Assembly (NCBI GenBank): GCA_002708695.1
Contig: PAOZ01000011.1
Coordinates: forward strand, 145 to 64,144
Direction: 5' to 3'
Length of the DNA stretch: 64,000 bases
From: Methanobacteriota archaeon
GTDB taxonomy: Archaea; Thermoplasmatota; Poseidoniia; Poseidoniales; Thalassarchaeaceae
Shown here: positions 1-7,921 of the stretch, piece after piece
How positions within the stretch are numbered: position 1 is the first letter of the stretch
Layout of the letters: every line of letters begins with the position of its first letter
Made by a program: the position numbers and the translations under genes
Notes under the pieces: model-generated
Seen by the model: only the letters and a program-made list of their open reading frames with translations
Told to the model about the DNA's origin: nothing
The model's database searches: none

Positions 1-424
1 CTCTTGGAAGAAGTTGAACAAAAGCTCCCTTGTATGTTCTCTTTATCTTCTTCAATCCAACAACTTTTCCGATTTCATTGCTATCATTATCGACAACCGC
101 TCTTCCAACCATTTCATCTGGCGCATAAAGTCCTTCGTCAATTCTAATTGTATTTCTCCATCTTCGTTGTAGTTCTCTCATCGATTTAGAAATTCTAATT
201 GTTCCGTCTGGTTGTAGACTGTGGATTAGTTCCTTAGCTAAAGGTGCGGAAAAAGCTGGCTTTCTCATGTATGTTTGTGCTACTTCAGATACAACATCTA
301 TTCTCAAGGACCTCACATGTTCTTTCCTAGGGCTAAATCGTTGTCCTTTGATTACTCCTACTAGTTTCCCACCTACGAAAACCTCTCTATCTATCAATTG
401 TTCAATTGCTAATTCATCACTCAT
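1..424 (-). CDS. PRC-barrel-like protein, partial (C-terminus cut by window edge)
   Basis: Own minus-strand translation from the ATG at 424-422 gives MSDELAIEQLIDREVFVGGKLVGVIKGQ...MVGRAVVDNDSNEIGKVVGLKK, open to position 1. The G-x-x-V-x-D-x-x-x-x-x-IGKV pattern is typical of PRC-barrel domains. Absent from the ORF track because no stop lies in the window. Confidence 0.5.
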   Translation of the reverse strand, partial: MSDELAIEQLIDREVFVGGKLVGVIKGQRFSPRKEHVRSLRIDVVSEVAQTYMRKPAFSAPLAKELIHSLQPDGTIRISKSMRELQRRWRNTIRIDEGLYAPDEMVGRAVVDNDSNEIGKVVGLKKIKRTYKGAFVQLLPR

Positions 425-523
425 CTCTTCATTCCCCTTTGTATTTGCGTTTCCCATCCCGCTCTTGTTGTGTTCGGGTTGCATCCTAGGTACATAAACG
501 AATCGGATTTTGATGGCGTATAA

Positions 524-762
524 TTCAATTGGAAATATCCTCTCATTTACGTTTTTTCAATTGAAAATCGCTTTAATTTATTATCATTATCGGCCATTAA
601 ATTAATTCACTTTAAATTTGATTATGTTTAATTTTTAATCTATAATCCAATTGAAAATAATGAAAATTCACAAAATTATATTTCAAATCAGTAAATATCT
701 TAGATTTTTTAGAAAATCATTCCAAAATCATTTTTTTCTATTGTTTTTCAATTGGAAATATC
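524..762. promoter_or_regulatory. Cluster of four TTYCAATTGRAA dyad motifs in an AT-rich divergent spacer
   Basis: TTCAATTGGAAATATC at 524-539, TTTTCAATTGAAAA at 554-567, TCCAATTGAAAA at 646-657, TTCAATTGGAAATATC at 747-762. Lies between divergent genes (PRC-barrel start 424, aminotransferase start 833/932). Function unknown. Confidence 0.5.
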
Positions 763-832
763 ATTTTCTCAATTTATTTGAATCTTCATTTTTTTCGGAA
801 CCTCTATGGATGGCCCACATTGACAAATTATC

Positions 833-2332
833 ATGGGGGGCAATTCACGTCCGTTGGAAATTTTGCAATTCATCAGAGAAACTATTGGAGTAGGTTCTAC
901 AAGAACAACTGGCCTATCTGATGAAGTTATAATGAAGTTTAGTGAAAAAGATCCGAAATTAAATCAGGCAATCGAGGAAGCTGAAGTCACATTTTCAAGA
1001 TTAATTGATGATTTTGGAATTGAGATATTACAAATGGATGAAACCAAATTAATCTCTCATTTACAATCTGCTTACATTAATTTTTATTCTCCTGCAACCA
1101 TTAATCCCTATGTGGCGATTTCAGCTTGTGGCCCTTGGATTGTTACCTCAAAGGGGGCAATTATCCATGATAATGGAGGATATGGAATGTTGGGTTTTGG
1201 ACATGCACCTAAAACTGCAGTAAATGTAATGTCTGAAAATTGGGTTATGGCAAATGTCATGACTCCTTCCTTCAGTCAGTTACGTTTAGTTGAACGTTTA
1301 CAATCTGAATTAGGACATACCAGAGGTCATTGTCCATTTACTAATTTTATTTGTATGAATAGTGGTTCGGAATCAGTAACTGTAAGCTTAAGAATTGCTG
1401 ATGTGAATGCTAGAAAGCATACTGACAAGGGAGGAAGATACGAAGGGGCTGAAATCAAATTATTGGCCATTGAAGAAGCATTTCATGGAAGAACTGACCG
1501 TCCGGCCCAACTTTCACATTCGTGTAAAGGGAAATATGACGAACAATTAGCAACATTTCGAGATCGAGACAATCTCATCCTTGTTCCTGCAAATGATACA
1601 GAAGCATTACGTCAGGCTTTTTCTGATGCTGAACAACAGGGCATATTCATTGAATTGATGGCTATAGAACCCGTGCAGGGTGAAGGGAATCCTGGTCAGT
1701 GTGTTACTAGAGAATTTTACGATGAAGCAAGACGCTTGACTTTAGATCATGGCAGTATGTTATTGGTAGATTCAATTCAAGCAGGTCTCCGTGGCCAAGG
1801 CTGCCTATCTGTAATTGATTATCCTGGTTTTGAGGATTGTATTGCTCCAGATTTTGAAACTTGGTCCAAGGCATTGAATGCTGGACAATATCCTCTTTCA
1901 GTTCTAGGAATGAATGATAGAGCATCTGAATTGTATGTAGTAGGAATCTATGGTAATACGATGACTACTAATCCACGTGCATTAGAAACTGCAGTTTCCG
2001 TTTTAGATAGCGTGACTCCTGAGTTGCGTGAAAATATTAGATTAAGGGGTAAAGAATTAGTTTCTGGTCTAAAGAATTTGGCGGAAGAATTGCCCGATGT
2101 TGTTGTCAAAGTACAAGGTACAGGCCTCCTTTGCTGTGCTGAACTCAATCCTTTAACTCACCAAGTTGTTGGTTTTGGAGAAGTAGAAGAAAAATGTCGC
2201 GAAATAGGTTTAGGCATAATTCATGGTGGGCAAAATGCCTTGCGATTTACTCCTCATTTTGAGATTACTTCTGATGAAGTAAATCTTGTAATAGATCTTG
2301 TACGTACGGTTCTCATTTCTCACAGTAAATGA
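833..2332 (+). CDS. Class-III PLP-dependent aminotransferase (acetylornithine/ornithine/lysine aminotransferase family)
   Basis: ORF of 499 aa. Family motifs seen: NSGSESV, EEAFHGRT, AIEPVQGEGN, LLVDSIQAGLRGQG, and SKALNAGQYPLS (putative PLP-lysine). An alternative in-frame ATG at 932 (MKFSEKDPK) may be the true start. Confidence 0.85.
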   Translation: MGGNSRPLEILQFIRETIGVGSTRTTGLSDEVIMKFSEKDPKLNQAIEEAEVTFSRLIDDFGIEILQMDETKLISHLQSAYINFYSPATINPYVAISACGPWIVTSKGAIIHDNGGYGMLGFGHAPKTAVNVMSENWVMANVMTPSFSQLRLVERLQSELGHTRGHCPFTNFICMNSGSESVTVSLRIADVNARKHTDKGGRYEGAEIKLLAIEEAFHGRTDRPAQLSHSCKGKYDEQLATFRDRDNLILVPANDTEALRQAFSDAEQQGIFIELMAIEPVQGEGNPGQCVTREFYDEARRLTLDHGSMLLVDSIQAGLRGQGCLSVIDYPGFEDCIAPDFETWSKALNAGQYPLSVLGMNDRASELYVVGIYGNTMTTNPRALETAVSVLDSVTPELRENIRLRGKELVSGLKNLAEELPDVVVKVQGTGLLCCAELNPLTHQVVGFGEVEEKCREIGLGIIHGGQNALRFTPHFEITSDEVNLVIDLVRTVLISHSK

Positions 2333-2342
2333 GGTGTAATTG

Positions 2343-2816
2343 ATGGCATCTGTTCTTAATATCGAAAGTATTGATGTATATTCTCCAAGTGGTTCTAGTG
2401 CAATCAATACTTGGGTTTCAGATATTATTGAGGGAAGAACCCCTGAGCCCGAGGAAAAGATTCGTTTTTGGGTACATATTCGAGATGCTGAAAGAGCGAT
2501 TGCGATTCTCAATTCAAATAATATTGTTGGAAACTTCCAACTATCGGGTCGAAGGGCTTGGAATCAAGAAATGGTATTAGATGAAATAAATCGGTTATGG
2601 ACTCGGTATCAGAACTCTGTTCAAGGAACACACACTATTGAATCATTGAGTAACATTCCTTCTCCTGCTGCATTTCAGGTTGATGGAAGTGATTTAAGGC
2701 CAAATTTAGCCCCATTACATGATGCATTGTTAAGTTGTGGAACTGAGGGATGGCGTCCATTAGTTGCAATAAGAGTCGGTTTGATGGAATGTATTGCTTT
2801 AGCAATTGAACATTAG
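2343..2816 (+). CDS. Small protein resembling only the C-terminal half of an NAD-dependent epimerase/dehydratase
   Basis: 157 aa from the ATG at 2343, preceded by GAGGTG at 2331-2336 just after the aminotransferase stop. RFWVHIRDAERAIAIL...GNFQLSG...EMVLDEI and LLSCGTEGWRPLVAIRVGL resemble the substrate-binding half of SDR-type epimerases. There is no Rossmann GxxGxxG part and no room for one upstream. Confidence 0.5.
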   Translation: MASVLNIESIDVYSPSGSSAINTWVSDIIEGRTPEPEEKIRFWVHIRDAERAIAILNSNNIVGNFQLSGRRAWNQEMVLDEINRLWTRYQNSVQGTHTIESLSNIPSPAAFQVDGSDLRPNLAPLHDALLSCGTEGWRPLVAIRVGLMECIALAIEH

Positions 2817-3802
2817 AATAAATTTGAACCAAGCAACGGTAGTAATACTGAAGCTTCGCCTTCAACGGTTACATGAGGTGCATCCGGTCTAATTTTTCCC
2901 CAAGAAATTGCTTCTCTAGTTCGTGCACCAGATAGGGAACCATCATGTTCGGGGGCAGTTGTAATTCCAACAGCAGAATCCAAACCTCCTCTGTATTGGT
3001 TCCACCAAATTACATGATGTTTTGAAATCCCTCCACCAACCATAAGTGCATGAGATTTATCTGCAGTCCAAGTCAGGTCTGATAGAATTTGTTCATCAGC
3101 TAAGAAATCAATCATGAATTCAGGTGATTTTTGACGATGCATAAACAATTGAGCACCAATACTTCCATCAGAAAGTCCAGGAATAACTATTGGAATCCGA
3201 TGTTTAGCAGCATGATGGAGTAATGAAGTTTCATCATTTATTCTATCTCCGAGTGCCCAACAAAGTTCCACAGAACCAAATCCTAACCATGGATTATTTG
3301 GATTCTTTACTTTTCTTTCTTCTTCGATTTCTTCTAACCATGGGAGAATAATTGGTTCCAAAATTTCTCCATAGCATTCATTTGGCACGATTACATTACC
3401 CAGTCTGTTTAGACCTACATCTCCTAACAAAGCATCATCTAAATCAAATGAACCATGGTAATAATGTCTGAAAGTTCGTGCAATATCGTGGTCAAGAGTC
3501 CCACAGGTAGTACTGATGACATTATATCCTCCATTTTTTATTGCTTCAATAAAGAAGCCCCTAGTTCCCGTAGCCATTAAGCATGCTGGAAATGATAACC
3601 AGTTTAACACTCGATTTTTCTCGCCATTTTTATTTTTTGTTTCATCTATGGCGTGTCTGAGAATATCTCTTGCTTGTACTAGTTTGGTTGCAGTGAATCC
3701 ACCAGCATTTCTCATTTGTTCGAAAAGAACATCAATTGTTTTTGTTTGCGAAAGATCGTAGTCAGATACTGGCTGATTGAAGTCCTCTCTATCGTAACTC
3801 AT
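2813..3802 (-). CDS. dys: Deoxyhypusine synthase
   Basis: Motifs LSFPACLMATGTRG, TTCGTLDHD, MVGGGISKHH and TTAPEHDGSLSGA are characteristic of DHS. The track ORF starts at a TTG (3817); the ATG at 3802 (MSYDRED) is more likely. Confidence 0.9.
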   Translation of the reverse strand: MSYDREDFNQPVSDYDLSQTKTIDVLFEQMRNAGGFTATKLVQARDILRHAIDETKNKNGEKNRVLNWLSFPACLMATGTRGFFIEAIKNGGYNVISTTCGTLDHDIARTFRHYYHGSFDLDDALLGDVGLNRLGNVIVPNECYGEILEPIILPWLEEIEEERKVKNPNNPWLGFGSVELCWALGDRINDETSLLHHAAKHRIPIVIPGLSDGSIGAQLFMHRQKSPEFMIDFLADEQILSDLTWTADKSHALMVGGGISKHHVIWWNQYRGGLDSAVGITTAPEHDGSLSGARTREAISWGKIRPDAPHVTVEGEASVLLPLLGSNLF

Positions 3803-3856
3803 AGTGTCTCCGAACAAGTGCTTCCCTATCGTTTCTATGGAAGTAAAATATTGAAT

Positions 3857-3870
3857 TTTTCAATTGAAAA
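3857..3870. promoter_or_regulatory. Perfect 14-nt palindrome TTTTCAATTGAAAA (dyad motif copy)
   Basis: Overlaps the uvrB stop codon and lies about 55-65 nt upstream of the dys ATG. On the minus strand it is followed by the TATA-like AATATTTTA. Confidence 0.45.
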
Positions 3871-6238
3871 TTTCATTTTCTAATTGAATAATTCTATCTC
3901 TTATTTTTGCTGCTCTTTCAAATTCCAAACGTGCTGCTGCGGCTGTCATTTCTTTTTTCAATCGTTCAACTAATTTCATTTTAAAATCCGCATCTTCATT
4001 GGATTCCATCTGTATTGTAATTTCACCTGCTTCAACCCATGATGGTTGGCTTATATTTGATAATACTGAATCCTGTAGATTGTTAGAATGCTCATTCCAA
4101 GTTCCAACACCAAGACCAAATTTTTTCACAATATCGGAATCTTGCTTTTGTTTGGATTTTCCAGTGAAACTACCTACAAATCTCTTGCCTCCAGTACTCC
4201 CTTTCCCAGCAGTTCCAGCCAATAGGCCTTCAATTTCTTCGCCCATTGTTGGTAGAGATTTTTGTATTGTAGTTGGAGAAATTCCATTTTCCTCATTATG
4301 TTTCTCTTGTCGTAACCTTCTTTCTAGAGTCTGATTGATGGCCGCTTGCATTGAAGGACTAACAGAATCAGAGTAAAGTATGACTCTTCCATTTTCGTTC
4401 CTAGCGGCCCTTCCAATCGTTTGTAGAAGACTTCTTTCGTTTCTAAGAAACCCCTCTCTATCTGCATCAAATATGGCAACTAAACTAACTTCAGGGATGT
4501 CAAGCCCCTCTCTGAGCAAATTAATTCCAACTATTACATCGATATGTCCAATTCTCAACGCTTTGATAATTTCGGATCTCTCAATCGTTCCAATTTCACT
4601 GTGTAAATAATGAGCTTTGATTCCCATTCGAAGTAAATATTCTGCTACTTCTTCTGCGAACTTAATTGTTAAAACTGTAACAAGAACCCGTTCATTATTC
4701 TTAATGCAATAATTGATTTCATCAAGAAGATCTTGAACTTGCCCTTCAGTAGAACGTACTTCGATTTCAGGATCTAAAAGTCCTGTGGGCCTAATTTCCA
4801 TTCGTACAATGTCTTCAATTCCTTCCATCGTCTCTAACATACTACTTTTTTTCTTGGGAGAATTAGATTCAATCGCCCCCCCTCCACCAGGAACATGCAG
4901 AAGACCTTCTGGTATTTTCTGATTAGTTACTTCTGCCAAATGTCTTAATTCTCGCTCTCCTGGTGTAGCGGAAACGTATAACATTTGAGGGACAAGTGAT
5001 TGAAACTCATCTATCCTTAATGGCCGATTGTCAAATGCCGATGGCAAACGAAATCCATAATCAATTAAATTGGCTTTTCTTGATTTATCTCCTGCATGCA
5101 TTCCACTTAATTGAGGTAGTGTAACATGACTTTCATCCATGATTACTAGATATTTTTTGGGATTTCCATGGAATGATTGGGAGCATGCTGCCATAAAATC
5201 AAACAAACAGTACGGCCGATCTCCAGTATTCCTTCCATCGAAATATCTACTATAGTTTTCAATTCCTTTACAAGTACCAAGTTCTTTCAATAATTCTACA
5301 TCAAAATCTGTTCTTGTAACGATTCTGTGTGCTTCCAAATCCTTTCCTTGTGATTTGAAAAATTGTTCTCTTTCGTCTCTATCATTTTCAATTTCTTCCA
5401 ATGCTTGGTCAAATGACTCTTCAGATGTAATGTAGAATTCTTTTGGATGAATCCATGCTTCTTCGATATCGTCTAATGGTTCAAAACTTATAGCTTCACA
5501 AATTTGGATTTGTTCTATCCCCTCAAATCCGAATTTAACTCGTAACGGGTCGTCTCTACTTGGCATCCAAATATCTAGGATTTCTCCTCTAAGCCGTATA
5601 TCTCCTCTTTCAAATTCTGATCCAGTTACTCTTCCATAATGCAATTCTACAAGTTCTCGAACAACGCTCATAGGTTCTGTTTTTTGTCCAACATGTATTC
5701 TGACATGGTGTTGAAGAAAAGTCTCTGGAGGATTAAGTCCGTAAATTGTAGATACGGTGCCAACGACAATTACGTCTGGTCTAGTTACAAGTGAAGCAAC
5801 AGTTGAAAACCGCTCTTGTTCAATCCGTTCATTCATTTGTAATTCTTTGTCGATGTATAAATCTCTAGTGGGAACATACGCTTCTGGCTGGTAATAATCA
5901 TAATGACTAACGAAGTATTCTACTGCATTGTTTGGAAAAAGAGACGACATTTCTTGCCATAATTGCCTAGCTAACGTTTTGTTGTGGCTTAGTATCAAAG
6001 TAGGAATTTGTAACCGTTCAATGATGTGTGCCATTGCGAATGTTTTACCTGAACCAGTAACTCCTAAAAGTACACATCTTTCTTGTGAATTTTCCAATTG
6101 AAAAACAATTTTTTCAATTGCATTTTCTTGGTCTCCTGCAGGCTCAAATTCTGCATCGATTTTGAAAGGGATTGAATCATTTGACTTAACTAAATTGATT
6201 GATTTTGAAAGATCATAAGGGTCATTTGAAACATCCAT
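3860..6238 (-). CDS. uvrB: Excinuclease ABC subunit B (UvrB)
   Basis: FEPAGDQENAI, GVTGSGKTF, YFVSHYDYYQPEAYVP, DESHVTLPQ, RPTGLLDPEIEVR, and a C-terminal UVR motif AARLEFERAAKIRDRIIQLE. The track ORF begins at a GTG (6313) overlapping the upstream SDR gene; the ATG at 6238 (MDVSNDPY) removes the overlap. Confidence 0.95.
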   Translation of the reverse strand: MDVSNDPYDLSKSINLVKSNDSIPFKIDAEFEPAGDQENAIEKIVFQLENSQERCVLLGVTGSGKTFAMAHIIERLQIPTLILSHNKTLARQLWQEMSSLFPNNAVEYFVSHYDYYQPEAYVPTRDLYIDKELQMNERIEQERFSTVASLVTRPDVIVVGTVSTIYGLNPPETFLQHHVRIHVGQKTEPMSVVRELVELHYGRVTGSEFERGDIRLRGEILDIWMPSRDDPLRVKFGFEGIEQIQICEAISFEPLDDIEEAWIHPKEFYITSEESFDQALEEIENDRDEREQFFKSQGKDLEAHRIVTRTDFDVELLKELGTCKGIENYSRYFDGRNTGDRPYCLFDFMAACSQSFHGNPKKYLVIMDESHVTLPQLSGMHAGDKSRKANLIDYGFRLPSAFDNRPLRIDEFQSLVPQMLYVSATPGERELRHLAEVTNQKIPEGLLHVPGGGGAIESNSPKKKSSMLETMEGIEDIVRMEIRPTGLLDPEIEVRSTEGQVQDLLDEINYCIKNNERVLVTVLTIKFAEEVAEYLLRMGIKAHYLHSEIGTIERSEIIKALRIGHIDVIVGINLLREGLDIPEVSLVAIFDADREGFLRNERSLLQTIGRAARNENGRVILYSDSVSPSMQAAINQTLERRLRQEKHNEENGISPTTIQKSLPTMGEEIEGLLAGTAGKGSTGGKRFVGSFTGKSKQKQDSDIVKKFGLGVGTWNEHSNNLQDSVLSNISQPSWVEAGEITIQMESNEDADFKMKLVERLKKEMTAAAARLEFERAAKIRDRIIQLENEIFN
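6090..6127. repeat. Two full-length dyad motif copies inside uvrB coding sequence
   Basis: TTTTCCAATTGAAAAA at 6090-6105, the same 16-mer as 20593-20608. TTTTTTCAATTGCATTTT at about 6109-6127. Encodes AIEKIVFQLENS, so may be coincidental or an internal site. Confidence 0.3.
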
Positions 6239-6248
6239 TTCTTCATCC

Positions 6249-6974
6249 TCATGGTAAGTATAAGCCGCCGTTAACGTGGATAATAGCTCCCGTGATGTAA
6301 GATGAATCTTCACTAGTTAAGAATGAAACCACAGAAGCAATTTCTTCTGGATTCCCTACTCTTCTCATTGGAATCTCAATCTCTCTTTCTTTTCTCTTCT
6401 CTTTAGTATCGTTTCCAATAATGTCTGTATCAATTGCTCCAGGTGCTATTACATTTACTCTAAGTCCAGTATCCGCAACATTGCTGGCTAGACTTCTTGC
6501 CCATGCATGAAGTGCCCCTTTTGATGCAGCATAGTGAGCTCCATGAGGACTCCCTTTTATTCCCAATTGACTTCCGATAGCTACTATTTTTGCTGAAGGA
6601 TTTAGGTGTGAAGAAAGTGCAGTATAGATTGCCACCGATCCTCTGAAATTTACATCCATTGTTGTATTTAATTCCTCTAATGTTAGATCCTTGGCGGAAC
6701 TACGTTGATACATTCCATGATTAAGAACTAAAATTTCTACTCCTTCTTTTACCCAAGGATGATCGGCTAAAATGAATATTTCGTCTGTATTTCCACAGTC
6801 TACTTTTGTTGCAACACAATCTACATTCTCTTTTCTAAGATCGGATATTACAGATTCAGCGGATTGAGAATCTGTATTATACGTCAAAAGTATTCGATGC
6901 CCATCTTTCGCAAGTCTTCTTGAGATTGCAGCACCAATCCCTCTTCCTCCGCCAGTAATTACTGCTAGACCCAT
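6249..6974 (-). CDS. Short-chain dehydrogenase/reductase (FabG-like)
   Basis: 241 aa. TGGGRGIGAAI nucleotide-binding motif, catalytic YAASKGAL and the IAPGAIDT motif. Confidence 0.85.
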   Translation of the reverse strand: MGLAVITGGGRGIGAAISRRLAKDGHRILLTYNTDSQSAESVISDLRKENVDCVATKVDCGNTDEIFILADHPWVKEGVEILVLNHGMYQRSSAKDLTLEELNTTMDVNFRGSVAIYTALSSHLNPSAKIVAIGSQLGIKGSPHGAHYAASKGALHAWARSLASNVADTGLRVNVIAPGAIDTDIIGNDTKEKRKEREIEIPMRRVGNPEEIASVVSFLTSEDSSYITGAIIHVNGGLYLP

Positions 6975-6982
6975 ATTCTCAC

Positions 6983-7912
6983 CTAATCCAATAACCCATC
7001 AGTCGCATATGGATCAATCATCATTATGGCTGCCAAAAGAACCCATCCAGTTAGCATGGAAACTCGGAACAGTACCGTTTGAAAATCTACCAATCTTTCT
7101 CTTAATAGTATGACTCCAATATTCAAAGCAGACATAATTCCTGCTGCAGCAAGAAACCAAACCTCGTCCATCGGATTCGAGATAGCGAAGCATGCAAACC
7201 AGAGAAGCGTGAGTTGTATAGATGTCCTAGTGGTTGAGTCTTCACCAAATCTAGATGGAAATGAATGAATACCGTTTTGTCTATCACTTTCTACATCCAT
7301 TCTAGCGTAGTTTATGTCAAACGAAGCAATCCATAATGCAACTCCTAAAGAAATGTAGAAGATTTCAGGATACCAGTAGAATTCAGTAAATCCTTCATTC
7401 ATACCTGTAATTGATGCCCAGCCATGCACATCTGCAGAAACGGCAACCCAAGCAGCGGCGGGGGCAAGTCCTAAACAAAGTCCTAACCAGAAATGGCACA
7501 GCCAAGTGTATCGTTTGGTATATGGGTAGATAACGAAAACCAATACTGGAAGCCAAGCCATCATAAATGCAATTTCGTTGAGTTGCCAAGCACCGAAAAG
7601 TAACATTACTAGGAAAACTGTTGCAAGAGTCCAAGCTGTATTTATTGACAAAGATCCAGATACTAAATGCCGATTTTCAGTTCTGGGGTTTGTTGCATCA
7701 ATGTCTTTGTCTATTATTCGATTTAATGCCATAGCCAAACCTCTTGCACCAATCGCTGCAACGAGAATCCAGAGGATATCTACTCCAAACATTGGCGTTG
7801 AAATCTCGTGAATATATTGATTGTGAGCTAGAATGTAGCCAATTAATACAAATGGGAGAGAGAATAAGGTATGCTCAATTTTCACGAACTCTAAGATTTC
7901 TTTTATTCCCAT
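6983..7912 (-). CDS. UbiA-family aromatic prenyltransferase
   Basis: 309 aa and polytopic. First Asp-rich motif NRIIDKDIDATNPRTENRHLVSG, plus a second motif region FDINYARMDVESDRQNG. Confidence 0.85.
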   Translation of the reverse strand: MGIKEILEFVKIEHTLFSLPFVLIGYILAHNQYIHEISTPMFGVDILWILVAAIGARGLAMALNRIIDKDIDATNPRTENRHLVSGSLSINTAWTLATVFLVMLLFGAWQLNEIAFMMAWLPVLVFVIYPYTKRYTWLCHFWLGLCLGLAPAAAWVAVSADVHGWASITGMNEGFTEFYWYPEIFYISLGVALWIASFDINYARMDVESDRQNGIHSFPSRFGEDSTTRTSIQLTLLWFACFAISNPMDEVWFLAAAGIMSALNIGVILLRERLVDFQTVLFRVSMLTGWVLLAAIMMIDPYATDGLLD

Positions 7913-7921
7913 AAAATCACT

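Noticed and set aside
267-893. Track ORFs 267-497 (+) and 651-893 (+).
   Set aside because: The first is antisense to a better PRC-barrel-like reading frame. The second lies in the AT-rich motif-bearing spacer and encodes low-complexity K/F/I-rich sequence. Both are likely spurious.
6238-6313. A 65-nt overlap between the uvrB ORF and the SDR gene.
   Set aside because: Artefact of the GTG-extended ORF. The in-frame ATG at 6238 gives a normal UvrB N-terminus with no overlap. Similar TTG/GTG extensions were trimmed for dys, GGR, serS, hjc, sdhA/B/C, the kinase, DUF58 and others.
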